Below are positions 18,879 to 28,918 of a DNA stretch of 64,000 bases, piece after piece. Positions within the stretch are counted from its first letter, which is position 1; each line of letters begins with the position of its first letter. This stretch comes from Thiobacillus sp. 65-1402 (lineage in GTDB: Bacteria; Pseudomonadota; Gammaproteobacteria; Burkholderiales; Thiobacillaceae), in assembly GCF_001897685.1 (NCBI RefSeq), contig NZ_MKUG01000102.1:7937-71936 (forward strand), given 5' to 3'. Under the pieces are notes generated by a model. The model was given only the letters and a program-made list of their open reading frames with translations, ran no database searches and was not told the DNA's origin. The position numbers and the translations under genes were made by a program.

Positions 18879-18900
18879 AATACTGTGTCAATACAGTATT
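18879..18900. promoter_or_regulatory. Palindromic operator-like site upstream of ompW-like gene
   Basis: AATACTGT-gtcaat-ACAGTATT perfect inverted repeat in an AT-rich patch. Confidence 0.45.
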
Positions 18901-19096
18901 ACTACTTAATCGGCGCAGGCATTCTCCGGGAGAGCAGCCGAACCGGAAGCAGCGGCCAGTTCAATCGATGGCTGCGCGTCGCGCAACCGGAAAGGAAATT
19001 CCCATGGCTCGCCTGCGTGGGGAGTGCTGCGTTGGGGGGTGCCGGGCTCGGGGAAGCGCCGATGAGCGGCGCCGGCGCAACTCGCTCTACACGGCC

Positions 19097-19531
19097 TCAG
19101 TCGCGCGGCGCCGGCACGGTCAATGTGATCCCGATCGTGCTCCGCTTGCCGGCGCCATCGCGCACGGTCAGCGTCATCGGCACGCTGTCACCGGCGCCGA
19201 GTGGCGCTTTCAACCCGATCAGCATGGCATGCAGGCCGCCGGGTTCCAGGCTGACGGTCTCGCCCGCGGGCAGCCTGATCGATTCCAGTTCGCGCATTTC
19301 CATCCGCTCGCCGTCCATGCGCATGAAATGCAACTCGACCGCTGCCGCCGCCGGCGTGGCGCCCGCCACCAGTTCCAGGTCGTGCGCGGCGGTGATGTCC
19401 ATGAATGCGCCGGCCACCTGCTGGCCCGGCACCGTGGGGCGCGCCCAGGCGTTCTCGATCCTGACATCGGCCGCCAGCGCCGGGCCGGCGAACATCAGGG
19501 CGGTGAGCAGCGGAAGGGCATAAACACGCAT
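19097..19531 (-). CDS. PCu(A)C periplasmic copper chaperone
   Basis: AWARPT, VELHFM...MEMR...LEPGGLHAML; signal peptide. Confidence 0.9.
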   Translation of the reverse strand: MRVYALPLLTALMFAGPALAADVRIENAWARPTVPGQQVAGAFMDITAAHDLELVAGATPAAAAVELHFMRMDGERMEMRELESIRLPAGETVSLEPGGLHAMLIGLKAPLGAGDSVPMTLTVRDGAGKRSTIGITLTVPAPRD

Positions 19532-19558
19532 GGCAGGACTCCTGGTCGGATCGAGGTC

Positions 19559-20380
19559 TCAGTTTTCGCTGCCCAGCACCTGCCAGACCTTCAGCGCATC
19601 CACCGTGGACGCAACATCGTGCACGCGCACGATCGCAGCGCCACGCATCGCGGCGAGCAGCGCCGCCGTGACGCTGGCGATCATCCGCTGCTCCAGCGTC
19701 CGGCCGGCGATCTCACCGAACAGCGATTTGCGCGACACCCCGACCAGCGTCGGCGCCTCGCGCGTGAAGCGGCGCAGTTCGCGAAACAGCGCGATGTTGT
19801 GCGCCGGCGTCTTGCCGAAGCCGAAACCCGGATCCAGCACCAGGCGCTCGCGCGCGATACCGGCATGGCGCGCCGCCTCGAAACGGGCGCGCAGATAATC
19901 CGCCACGTCCTGCGCCACCTCGCCGTACGCCGGCGCCAGTTGCATGGTTAGCGGCGTGCCCTGCATGTGCATCAGGCAGACGCCGCAATCGGAATCCGCC
20001 ACCGCTTGCAGCGCGCCCGGCGCACGCAGGGCGTTGACGTCGTTGATCATGTCCGCGCCGGCGGCCAGCGCGGCCGCCATCACCTCGGTCTTCATGGTGT
20101 CGACCGAGAGGGCCGCACCGCACGCCGCGAGGCCGGCGACGACCGGCAGCACGCGCTGCAATTCCACCCTCGCATCGACCGGCGCGGCACCGGGGCGCGT
20201 CGACTCGCCGCCTATGTCGAGGATGTCGGCGCCCTCCTCGCGCAGCCTCAGGCCGTGCTCGATGGCGCGCCCGGCATCGGCGTAGCGGCCGCCGTCGGAA
20301 AACGAGTCCGGCGTCGCGTTGACGATGCCCATGACCAGTGGACGCGCCAGGTCGAAACGATAGCGGCCGCATTGCAGCAT
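19559..20380 (-). CDS. folP: Dihydropteroate synthase
   Basis: MGIVNATPDSFSDGG, DIGGESTRPG, DPGFGFGK, SRKS, RVHDV. Confidence 0.92.
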   Translation of the reverse strand: MLQCGRYRFDLARPLVMGIVNATPDSFSDGGRYADAGRAIEHGLRLREEGADILDIGGESTRPGAAPVDARVELQRVLPVVAGLAACGAALSVDTMKTEVMAAALAAGADMINDVNALRAPGALQAVADSDCGVCLMHMQGTPLTMQLAPAYGEVAQDVADYLRARFEAARHAGIARERLVLDPGFGFGKTPAHNIALFRELRRFTREAPTLVGVSRKSLFGEIAGRTLEQRMIASVTAALLAAMRGAAIVRVHDVASTVDALKVWQVLGSEN

Positions 20381-20383
20381 GAT

Positions 20384-20923
20384 TCAGTCTCCCCCGAATT
20401 CGAGGGTTTCGCAGTTGTCGATCCAGACCTGCCACATGCGCGCCGGATCCAGGTTCTGAAAATGCCCGGCCACGGCCTGCAGCACTTCGTGATGCGTCAC
20501 CACCAGCACGGCGGATTCGTTGACGCCGCGCAACTCGGCCAGAAAATCGTGCACGCGCGCCGCCATTTCGCGATAGGACTCGCCATTCGGCGCCTTCCAC
20601 GCGAAAGGGTCGGGGGCGTCATGCATGGCGTTGAGGTACTGCGTCACCGGCAGCCCCTCGAAGCCGGTATTGCGGTCGTCGAGGCGGGCGTCGACATGGA
20701 TCTCGGCGCAATGGCATGCGTTGACGATGGCCGCAGTTTCCTGCGCGCGGCGCAGGCGCGAGACGTAGACGCGGCCGATCGGCAGGCCGCGCAGACGTTC
20801 GGCGGCGGCCTGCGCCTGCAGCCGCCCGGCCGGCGTCAGCGCCACCGGCACGCCGGGATCGGCGTTGCACAGGCCGCGCAGGTTGTATTCGGATTCGCCG
20901 TGGCGCAGGAACACCAGTTTCAT
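20384..20923 (-). CDS. Histidine phosphatase family protein
   Basis: LRHGES, SRLRRAQETA, GES, VVTH; ATGA overlap with fhcC. Confidence 0.85.
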   Translation of the reverse strand: MKLVFLRHGESEYNLRGLCNADPGVPVALTPAGRLQAQAAAERLRGLPIGRVYVSRLRRAQETAAIVNACHCAEIHVDARLDDRNTGFEGLPVTQYLNAMHDAPDPFAWKAPNGESYREMAARVHDFLAELRGVNESAVLVVTHHEVLQAVAGHFQNLDPARMWQVWIDNCETLEFGGD

Positions 20924-21729
20924 GCCGGCACCAGGATTTCGCCTTTGCCGCCGCAGGCAAGGTCGCCCATGTGGCGGCGCGCGCGCGACGAGTCCGGCAC
21001 CACGCCGGGCAGGATGGCTTCGGCATGGCGGCGCAGCAGGCCGAGCCAGGACAGATCCGCCACGCCGGCATCGTTGTAGGTGGCCGGCATGGTTTCCGGC
21101 GTCCGGCCGAGGATCAGGCTGCCCCGCCGCAGACCGGGGCCGGGCACGCCGGCGCACCCCCCGGCGACCACCAGGGTGCCGGCCAGCAAGCGCGCCCCGC
21201 AGGCTGCGCCTGCCTTGCCGCGCACCAGGATCAGGCCGCGCCGCATGCGGTCGCCGAGGCGATCGCCGGCGTCGCCCGCCACCGCGACGACGCCGCCGCC
21301 CATGCCGGCTCGGTCGCCGATCAAGGCGGCGCCGAGCCAGTCGCCGGCATTGCCGGCGATGCGCAGCAGGCCGCCGCGCATGCCGTTGGCGGCGCAATCG
21401 CCGGCGTCGCCCGCGATGATCAGCTCGCCGCCCCGCAGGTCCTGGCCGGCATAATGTCCGGCCGGCCCGTCGACATGCAGCGTGCCGGACGTCATGCCCT
21501 TGCCGAGGCAATCGAGACGGCCGCTGCCGGCATCAATCCGCAGCGCGGCGCCCGCCTCGCCCGGCGTCACCGCGAACAGGTCGCCCAGCGCCACGGGGTT
21601 GCCGTCCACCCGCACGGTTTGCGCGGCGATGTCGCCGGCAGTGCGGCCGCCCAGGGTTTCGGGCAGCACGCCGCTCATGTCGATGCGGCCGGCCGGGGCG
21701 GCGCGCAAGGTCAGTGTCATGGCGCTCAT
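20920..21729 (-). CDS. fhcC: Formyltransferase/hydrolase complex subunit C
   Basis: Gly-rich beta-helix repeats (GxxMxGG), GD.ACGGKGEIL. Confidence 0.9.
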   Translation of the reverse strand: MSAMTLTLRAAPAGRIDMSGVLPETLGGRTAGDIAAQTVRVDGNPVALGDLFAVTPGEAGAALRIDAGSGRLDCLGKGMTSGTLHVDGPAGHYAGQDLRGGELIIAGDAGDCAANGMRGGLLRIAGNAGDWLGAALIGDRAGMGGGVVAVAGDAGDRLGDRMRRGLILVRGKAGAACGARLLAGTLVVAGGCAGVPGPGLRRGSLILGRTPETMPATYNDAGVADLSWLGLLRRHAEAILPGVVPDSSRARRHMGDLACGGKGEILVPA

Positions 21730-22622
21730 GCCAGGATCTCCCGCAGACGATAGTGGAACTGTCCCAATTTGCCGCCATAGTTGCCGGCCGACAAGCGCAC
21801 GATGCCGCCCGCCGCGCCGATCGCACACACTGCGTCGAGGCCGGCCTTCATGGCCGCGCGCATGTCGGCGTCGCTGACCGCGTCGATGACGATCTCCAGC
21901 ACCGCTTCCACGTCGGCGCCCAGTTCCGACCGGGCCACGCCGCGCAAGGTCGGACAGAAGGCGTCGTTGGTGGACGCCGGCAACGCCTTGTACTTGGAGC
22001 CGATCTTGGAACCGGAACGCACCACGCCGCCGGGGAACGGCGCGATCGCGCCGGGCACCCCGGCGATGGCCGCCGCCGCCGCCTCGCAGGCGGCGAGTGC
22101 CTGGGCGCGGGAACGGGCGAGAACCAGGAAGTTGCCGCCGCCGACGGAACGCAGCAGGCCGGTGGATTCCTCGGCCAGGAATTCGCCATCCATCACCGGG
22201 ATGCGCCAGTAGCGCCGGCCGCCGATCAGTTTGGACATCTGCCAGCCGTCGCCGAAATAGCGCAGGTTCTTGCCCAGCGGCAATTGCTCCTCGCCTTCGC
22301 AACCGGCGAACACGGCGGTGGTGGGACAGGTCAGCACGCACTGGCCGACGCGGCGTTCCAGTTGTTTGGCCAGTTCCTTGGTGGAGACCGCGAACAGCAG
22401 GCCGGCCACGCCGGGACGGCCGTCCGGGGTCTCTTCGGGGGCAAGTTCGCGCTCGATGCCCGCCTCGCAGCCGCAGGCGATCACCGAGGTGGCGAAGCCA
22501 AAAGCCGCATTGGCGGAATGCTTCGCCCAGGCCAGGCTGTCCGCGGTGATGACGATACGGGTGGCCTTCATGCCGAAGGCTTCGGCATAGGTGTCGTCGA
22601 TGCTCACGCCGTTGCGGATCAT
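21726..22622 (-). CDS. fhcD: Formyl-MFR:H4MPT formyltransferase (Fhc subunit D)
   Basis: IDDTYAEAF, TSVIACGCEAG, TPDGRPG, GQCVLTCPTTA, AGNYGGKLG. Confidence 0.93.
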   Translation of the reverse strand: MIRNGVSIDDTYAEAFGMKATRIVITADSLAWAKHSANAAFGFATSVIACGCEAGIERELAPEETPDGRPGVAGLLFAVSTKELAKQLERRVGQCVLTCPTTAVFAGCEGEEQLPLGKNLRYFGDGWQMSKLIGGRRYWRIPVMDGEFLAEESTGLLRSVGGGNFLVLARSRAQALAACEAAAAAIAGVPGAIAPFPGGVVRSGSKIGSKYKALPASTNDAFCPTLRGVARSELGADVEAVLEIVIDAVSDADMRAAMKAGLDAVCAIGAAGGIVRLSAGNYGGKLGQFHYRLREILA

Positions 22623-24283
22623 GCGCGCCTCCCCGTGCAGTGGTGGGGGATCAGCTTGCTGGCGCCGCAGGCGCAGATCTCGTCGTCGCTTACCCGGATG
22701 TGTTCCATCTTCACGGTCATGTAGCGGTCGTAATATTCCTTGAGCGGTTTCTCGATCGCCTTGTCGTATTCCGGCTTCACCGCGTGCAAGGCGCCGTTGA
22801 CCACCTTCACCACCCGGCCGTCGCGCACGACGAGCTGGCCGTCCTTGAACACGTACTCGGGCTTTTCGAACATCGCTTCGCGGTCGGCATCGTCGCGGTA
22901 CACCACGATGTCCGCCGCCGCGCCTGCGCCCAGGTGGCCGCGGTCGGAAAGGCCGAGGGAACGGGCCGGCGCGGCGCGGGTCATGATGGCGATCTCGTAC
23001 AGGCTGTATTCCCGCTCCAGGCTGCGCAGCTGGCTGTGGGCCGCCGCCTCGGCATTGATCTCGTCCAGTTTCGCGTTGCGGAATCCGCGGTCCATCAGCA
23101 GCCGGATCAGGTGGGGATAGCTGGTGAAGGGCGCGCCGTTGGGATGGTCGGTGGTCAGGAAAATGCGCCAGGGGTCGCTGACCCGCAGGAACAGCTCCAG
23201 GCCGATGGCCCATTGCAATGCGTTGACGAAGTTCTTGTCCTTGTACTTGAACGGCACCACGCCGCAGCCGGCATCGCACTCGATGTCCATGGTCACCCAT
23301 TTGTCCGGGCTGGCGTGACGGTGATTGCGGTGCTGGCTCATGTTGTCGCCGGAGGCGGTGACGGTCTGGCCGAACAGGATCTGGCCGACGTCGGCCGACA
23401 CGTTGCTCATGCGGTTGATGGCATCGGCGATGCGTTCCGCCTCCGAGGAGAACCTGCGCTCCCCTTCGGTGCCGTAGCTGTGGAACTGGATGTGGGTCAG
23501 GTGGATGGGCAGGCCTTCCGCCGCCGCCATGGTGGCGAGCGTGGTGTCGGCGTTGCCGGGTATGCCCAGGTTGCTGGCGTGCACGTGCAGCGGATGCGCC
23601 ACACCCAGTTCGTGCACGGCCCGGGCCAGGGCGCGGATCACCTGGCGCGGGGTGACGCCGTAATGCGGGTGCGCCTCGTCCAGATCCAGGTTGCGGGCGT
23701 TGAACTTGAAAGCGGAGATGCCGCCCGGGTTCACCACCTTGATCGCCATGGCCTGGCTAGCATCCAGCGTCCAGCCGACGTAGTCGTTGATCAAGCGCTG
23801 GTCGCTGCCGGAAGCCAGCAGGCGCAGAAAGAAGTCGTCGCTGCCGAGCATGGCGTAGGCGCCCTTGTCCACCATCGGGATATCGCCCATTTCCAGATGG
23901 GCGTGGCGTGCGTTGGAGGGCAGCATGGCCGGTTCGAAACAGGCGGTATAGCCCATCTCGGCGTAGCGGTAGCCGGTGGTCCAGGTGGACGGCGCGGCGT
24001 GGCCGCAGCCGGCGTGCATCCCGCCCATGGCCGGCACCGGATCGGCGCGGTGGTCCTCCGGCAGCAGGGCGCGGGCGATGTTCATTTTGCCGCCGCCGAT
24101 ATGGGTGTGCAGGTCGATGGCGCCGGCCATCACGACCCGTCCGGAAAGGTCGATCTCGCTGTCGATGCGGGTTTCCGGGCCGGGCGCGGCAACGATGCGG
24201 CCATTCTCCACATAGAGGTCGCGCACCTGGCCGTCGACACCGTGCTCAGGGTCATAGAGGCGGCCGCCTTTAAGTCGCAACAT
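22619..24283 (-). CDS. fhcA: Fhc subunit A (amidohydrolase)
   Basis: IDLHTHIGG, HPLHVHASNLG, HIQFHSYG, TTDHPNG. Confidence 0.93.
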   Translation of the reverse strand: MLRLKGGRLYDPEHGVDGQVRDLYVENGRIVAAPGPETRIDSEIDLSGRVVMAGAIDLHTHIGGGKMNIARALLPEDHRADPVPAMGGMHAGCGHAAPSTWTTGYRYAEMGYTACFEPAMLPSNARHAHLEMGDIPMVDKGAYAMLGSDDFFLRLLASGSDQRLINDYVGWTLDASQAMAIKVVNPGGISAFKFNARNLDLDEAHPHYGVTPRQVIRALARAVHELGVAHPLHVHASNLGIPGNADTTLATMAAAEGLPIHLTHIQFHSYGTEGERRFSSEAERIADAINRMSNVSADVGQILFGQTVTASGDNMSQHRNHRHASPDKWVTMDIECDAGCGVVPFKYKDKNFVNALQWAIGLELFLRVSDPWRIFLTTDHPNGAPFTSYPHLIRLLMDRGFRNAKLDEINAEAAAHSQLRSLEREYSLYEIAIMTRAAPARSLGLSDRGHLGAGAAADIVVYRDDADREAMFEKPEYVFKDGQLVVRDGRVVKVVNGALHAVKPEYDKAIEKPLKEYYDRYMTVKMEHIRVSDDEICACGASKLIPHHCTGRRA

Positions 24284-25511
24284 GATTCATCTCCTGCTGG
24301 ATCGCGGCCAGGGCCTGGGCCACGCTGGGCAGTTCGGTGGGTGTATGGCCTTGCAGCGGCAGGGCCACCACCCCGTCCATGCGGTGCATGAAGCCGGCGT
24401 GATGCACACCGGGCACGGCCACCGGAATAAATACGTCCGGCGGGTCGGCAAAGACCATGTCCGGCCGGCCCAGGACGATGCGCGGGCAGGCGGCGGCCGG
24501 TGGCACGCGTTCCGGATCGAGCGCGGCGATCCATAGCAGCGCATCCACCTCGCGCGTTTCCAGCAGACGCGCAGTGCCGAACAGCAGCGGCTGATAGTGC
24601 GGACCGGAAGCCTCGAAGGCGGTGCGCAGCGGATAGCCCGCCTGCCAGGTGCAGACCTGGGCTGCGGAAGTGTCGCCGTCGTTGCCGCCGAGCGGCAGAC
24701 CCGACCAGCGCGTGGTCTGGTTGAGGTCCTTGACCAGATCGACCATGGCCTGGATCGCCAGGTCGGCGTGCGGAAAATCCAGTTCCGCCGCGTTCCACAC
24801 CAGCACGCCGTAGCGCGCTGCGCGCAGCGTTTCCAGCAAGGCGTCGACCTGCTCCATCGGCACCCCGGCCACGCTGTCGGCATCGAGTCGCCGGCCGGCC
24901 AGGCGCGCGCGCAGGGCACCGCACAATTCGCCCAGGCGCGCGTTCGGGAGCGGGATGACGAGATCCGGTGAGACGGCGTGCGCCGCCTCCGGGGAAAGCC
25001 CGCTTCCCAGGACAACGAGCCGCCGGCGCAGCTCGCCGAACTGGGATTCCTGTGTCAGGCAGCGCTCGAAGAAACGCGGAAAACGGCGGGTATCGGTGCC
25101 GGCGAGCACGATCAGGTCGGCGCGGTTGCGCACTTCCGACAGCGTCGTGGTCATCCAGCCGCCATCCTGGAATGCCAGCCAGTTGCGGAACTGGGCAGCG
25201 CCGTTCATGTGCTCGACCACACCGCCGGTTTGTTCGGCCAGCGCCAGGGCGGCACGGTGGCCGGCGACGTCACAGGCCAGCCCGCCGATCAGGGGACGCT
25301 GCGCGCGCGCCAGCAGGTCGGCGGCGGCCCGGCAGGCAGCGGCAGGCTCGACAGGCTGGCCGGCGAGCCGGGCCGCCCCGCGCGCGGGCGCGGCGAACAG
25401 CTTGATAGCGCGCGCGCAGGCCGGGCTTCCGGCACGCGCGCCGGAAGCGTCGGCCGCGACGCGAAGGTCGTCGCAAACGAGGCCGCAGAAGGGACAGCAG
25501 GAATCGGACAT
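24270..25511 (-). CDS. fhcB: Fhc subunit B
   Basis: CPFCGLVCDDL, TTLSEVRNRAD, HRMDGVVALPL; start chosen downstream of the sigma54 promoter. Confidence 0.88.
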   Translation of the reverse strand: MSDSCCPFCGLVCDDLRVAADASGARAGSPACARAIKLFAAPARGAARLAGQPVEPAAACRAAADLLARAQRPLIGGLACDVAGHRAALALAEQTGGVVEHMNGAAQFRNWLAFQDGGWMTTTLSEVRNRADLIVLAGTDTRRFPRFFERCLTQESQFGELRRRLVVLGSGLSPEAAHAVSPDLVIPLPNARLGELCGALRARLAGRRLDADSVAGVPMEQVDALLETLRAARYGVLVWNAAELDFPHADLAIQAMVDLVKDLNQTTRWSGLPLGGNDGDTSAAQVCTWQAGYPLRTAFEASGPHYQPLLFGTARLLETREVDALLWIAALDPERVPPAAACPRIVLGRPDMVFADPPDVFIPVAVPGVHHAGFMHRMDGVVALPLQGHTPTELPSVAQALAAIQQEMNHVAT

Positions 25512-25548
25512 AGAGGCGGGGGCGATGTGTGTGAAAGCGACCTCATCA

Positions 25549-25564
25549 AGCAGGTTCCGTGCCA
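25549..25564 (-). promoter_or_regulatory. sigma54 promoter for fhcBADC operon
   Basis: Minus strand TGGCACGGAACCTGCT. Confidence 0.75.
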
Positions 25565-25640
25565 TACGCAAAGCACGACGGCATTTGTCTGGCGAATCAA
25601 GCGGTTTGCCGGCGCCTGCCTGCTCGCCGCACCAGCCGGA

Positions 25641-25688
25641 TGTCACGCGGCCCGTCCGTCCGGCGTGACAGAGTGTCACACCGCGACA
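25641..25688. promoter_or_regulatory. Shared UAS between divergent sigma54 promoters
   Basis: GTGACA-gag-TGTCAC with extra TGTCAC and GCGACA half-sites. Confidence 0.55.
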
Positions 25689-25733
25689 AACCCGAAGAAG
25701 CGCTAGCGCGCTGATTGGTATGGTTTTTTTTCA

Positions 25734-25749
25734 TGGCATGGGGATTGCT
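25734..25749 (+). promoter_or_regulatory. sigma54 promoter for mptG-mtdB operon
   Basis: TGGCATGGGGATTGCT. Confidence 0.75.
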
Positions 25750-25785
25750 TTCCGGAAAGTCTCAAGCAACCCCATTACATCGATC

Positions 25786-26778
25786 ATGAAGCTCACCGCC
25801 AATCGCAGCGCAACCGTAAGAGCCCCCGCAAGGCTGCACATGGGGTTTCTCGACCTCAATGGCGGCCTTGGGCGGCATTTCGGCAGCCTGGGCCTGGCCG
25901 TGGAGGAACTTGCCACCACCGTCACCGCGCATGCCGATGACTGCATCTTGGCCGAAGGCCCCCAGGCCGACCGCGCCGAAGCCTACGCGCGTTCGGCCCT
26001 GCATGCCCTCGGCATCAAGAGCGGCGTGCGCCTGTTCATCCAGCAGGCCATTCCCGAGCACGCCGGGCTCGGTTCCGGCACCCAGCTCGCCCTGGCGGTC
26101 GGCACCGCGCTGGCGCGCCTGTACGGCATGACATGGTCGCCACGTGAGGTGGCCACCGCGCTCGGCCGCGGCGGCCGCTCCGGCATCGGCCTCGGCCTGT
26201 TCGAGCATGGCGGCTTCGTCGTCGACGGCGGCCGCGGGGAACAGGACCTGCCGCCCGCGCTGATCTCGCACCTGAAATTCCCCGCGCACTGGCGGCTGGT
26301 GCTGGCATTCGATCCCGCCTACCGGGGACTGCACGGCGATGCGGAAAAGCAGGCTTTCGCCAGCCTGCCGACATTCCCCGAGGCCAGCGCCGGACACCTG
26401 TGCCGCCTGGCGCTGATGCGGGCCATGCCGTCCCTGGCGGAAGGCGATATCGCGGGCTTCGGTGCCGCCATCAGCGAGATCCAGGAGGTGGTAGGCGACC
26501 ATTTCGCGCCGGCCCAGGGCGGCCGCTTCGCCAGTCCGCGCGTGGCGCGCGCCCTCGACTGGCTGGCCGGAAACGGCGCCGCCGGAGTGGGCCAGAGTTC
26601 CTGGGGACCGACCGGTTTCGCGCTGGCGGATTCGGAAGCGCGGGCGCACGCCCTGGCTCAGTTTGCGCGCATCGAGTTCGCCGCCGACGGCCTCGAATTC
26701 ATGGTTTGCGCCGGCCGCAATCGCGGCGCGGATATGCGCATCACGGCGAACACGGCGCTGGCTACGGCGCACGGTTAA
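25786..26778 (+). CDS. mptG: beta-RFAP synthase
   Basis: APARLHMGF, HAGLGSGTQ, RGGRSGIG, GQSSWGPT. Confidence 0.9.
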   Translation: MKLTANRSATVRAPARLHMGFLDLNGGLGRHFGSLGLAVEELATTVTAHADDCILAEGPQADRAEAYARSALHALGIKSGVRLFIQQAIPEHAGLGSGTQLALAVGTALARLYGMTWSPREVATALGRGGRSGIGLGLFEHGGFVVDGGRGEQDLPPALISHLKFPAHWRLVLAFDPAYRGLHGDAEKQAFASLPTFPEASAGHLCRLALMRAMPSLAEGDIAGFGAAISEIQEVVGDHFAPAQGGRFASPRVARALDWLAGNGAAGVGQSSWGPTGFALADSEARAHALAQFARIEFAADGLEFMVCAGRNRGADMRITANTALATAHG

Positions 26779-26808
26779 GACCGCTACGGCAACCACAGAC
26801 AAGAAACG

Positions 26809-27720
26809 ATGAAGCCCATGGAAAAACCCTATCTGCTGCATTTCGCCACGCCGGGCACCCGGGTCAGCCCGTTCGACGTGAACATGGCCTACGACGCCGG
26901 CTGGAACGCGGTGATCCCTTACGCCGAGGTCGGCCTTGCCGACATCGCCGGCTTCACCCAGGACGCCATTTTCTCGCGTGGCCCCAAGGGCGTGAAGCGA
27001 ACCGGCATTTTCATCGGCGGCCGCGACGCGATCCTCGCCACCGACATGCTGGACGCCGCTCACCGGGCCATGGTGCCGCCGTTTGAGGTTTCCGTGTTCG
27101 CGGACCCCAGCGGCGCCTACACCACGGCCGCCGCCATGATCGCCAAGGTGGAGCAGGCCCTGGCGCAGGTCCACGGCACGACCCTGGACGGCCGTCAGGT
27201 CGTGGTGTTCGGCGGCACCGGCCCGGTGGGCATGACAGCGGCAGTGCTGGCCGCACAAGCCGGCGCCCGGGTCACGATCCCCGGCCATGACGGCCTGGCC
27301 CGCGCAAGCGAAGCAGTGGACCTCCTCAATGGCCGTTTCGGCGTCGACATCCAGGCCGCCGACGCCGGTTCTGACACGGCCAAGCACGCCCTCCTGGCGC
27401 AGGCCGAGGTCGTGCTGGCTACCGCCAAGGCCGGGGTGCAGGTGCTCGGAGCCGCGCATCTCGGCCGTGCCACGGCACTCCTGGCGGCGGCGGACATCAA
27501 CGCCGTGCCGCCGGCGGGCGTGGAAGGCATCGGCGTCATGGACGACGCCGCTCCCCTGCCCACAGCCGCTGGCAAGGCCGTAGGCATCGGCCCTCTGGCC
27601 ATCGGCAACGTCAAATACAAGGTTCAGCAAGGCTTGCTGCAGAAGATGCTGGCGGCCGAAAAGCCCCTTTATCTGGGCTTCCCCGAGTGCCTCGACGAGG
27701 CCCGCCTGCATGCAGCCTGA
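26809..27720 (+). CDS. mtdB: NAD(P)-dependent methylene-H4MPT dehydrogenase
   Basis: SPFDVNMAYDAG, QDAIFSRGP, ADPSGAYTTAAA, DINAVPPAG. Confidence 0.9.
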   Translation: MKPMEKPYLLHFATPGTRVSPFDVNMAYDAGWNAVIPYAEVGLADIAGFTQDAIFSRGPKGVKRTGIFIGGRDAILATDMLDAAHRAMVPPFEVSVFADPSGAYTTAAAMIAKVEQALAQVHGTTLDGRQVVVFGGTGPVGMTAAVLAAQAGARVTIPGHDGLARASEAVDLLNGRFGVDIQAADAGSDTAKHALLAQAEVVLATAKAGVQVLGAAHLGRATALLAAADINAVPPAGVEGIGVMDDAAPLPTAAGKAVGIGPLAIGNVKYKVQQGLLQKMLAAEKPLYLGFPECLDEARLHAA

Positions 27721-28912
27721 ATCCCGCCCCGAGGCTTTTCTCCTGGTCTCCCTGAGCGGCCGCGGCCTGGCGCAGGCAGCGGCACGCGCCGGCCGGATCG
27801 CGGTGGGCATGGACGGCTTCGCCGACCGCGACACCTGCGACCTGGCCCGGCTCTGGCAGCGGCTGCCGCTGGACGAAAACGGCGATCTGGCGCCCCTGGG
27901 CCTGGTCGAAGCCGCCGCGCGCCTCAGCCCGCTGGAGCATTGCCTCGGCCTGGTGTACGGCTCCGGCTTCGAGGCCCAGCCGGAGTTGCTGAAGCGGCTG
28001 GCCTGCGGTCGCCAGCTCCTGGGCAATCCCGCGGAAGTCCTGGCCGAGAGCGCCAATCCCATAGGTTTCGCCAGCCTAGCGCGCCGCCTCGAACTGCCCT
28101 TCCCCGAGGTGCAGTCCGTCCCGCCCGCGGACCCCGCCGGCTGGCTGGCCAAGCGCGCCGGCGGATGCGGCGGACACCACGTGCGCGAAGCGGCGGGTAT
28201 CGCGGCTCGCCCCGGTGTCTATTTCCAGCGCCGCGTGGACGGCACGCCCTGCTCCCTGCTGTTTCTCGCCGATGGCCGGGAGATCCGGGCGATCGGTTTC
28301 AACCGCCTCCTGCCGGCGCCGGCCCAGGCGCCCGGACGCTGGGCCTACGCCGGCGCCGTGGCGCTGGACAATGCGCCAGGCGGCGTCGGCCCGGCCGTGC
28401 AGGCAGCGGCCCGCGCCCTCACCGCTGCCCTCGGCCTCAGGGGGTTGAACGGCATCGATTTCGTGGTGAACGGCAGCGACTGGAGCCTGCTGGAACTCAA
28501 CCCCCGCCCCACCGCCACCCTGGAACTCTGGGATGTGAATCCGATGCCGGCCCTGTTCGACCTGCATGTCCAGTCCTGCCTCGGACGCCTGCCCGTCGCG
28601 CTGCCGAAACCGGAGGCGAGCCGCGCCGTCGCCGTGGCCTACGCCGGCGAAACCCTGCGCGTGCCCGCCGGCTTTCCCTGGCCGGACTGGAGTGCCGACC
28701 TGCCCCGCATGGACACCCTGCTGGAACCGGGCGACCCGGTCTGCACGGTGCACGCGACGGCTGCCGATGCCAACGCGGCGGAACAACAGGCCTTGAGTTT
28801 CCGCCAGCGCATTCTCGAACGTCTGTCGCGGCATGGCGAGGTCGAAACCGGCCGCGCACGCCTCCACACCCAACGCGTTTCACCTCTCCTTTCCACCACC
28901 GGGCAGAACTGA
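27710..28912 (+). CDS. ATP-grasp protein (OrfY-like, H4MPT-linked)
   Basis: DGFADRD, GSGFE, LELNPRPTAT; lies between mtdB and mch. Confidence 0.8.
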   Translation: MQPESRPEAFLLVSLSGRGLAQAAARAGRIAVGMDGFADRDTCDLARLWQRLPLDENGDLAPLGLVEAAARLSPLEHCLGLVYGSGFEAQPELLKRLACGRQLLGNPAEVLAESANPIGFASLARRLELPFPEVQSVPPADPAGWLAKRAGGCGGHHVREAAGIAARPGVYFQRRVDGTPCSLLFLADGREIRAIGFNRLLPAPAQAPGRWAYAGAVALDNAPGGVGPAVQAAARALTAALGLRGLNGIDFVVNGSDWSLLELNPRPTATLELWDVNPMPALFDLHVQSCLGRLPVALPKPEASRAVAVAYAGETLRVPAGFPWPDWSADLPRMDTLLEPGDPVCTVHATAADANAAEQQALSFRQRILERLSRHGEVETGRARLHTQRVSPLLSTTGQN

Positions 28913-28918
28913 AGCACC

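Noticed and set aside
18879-18900. LexA (SOS) box
   Set aside because: CTGT and ACAG are separated by 6 nt, not the required 8
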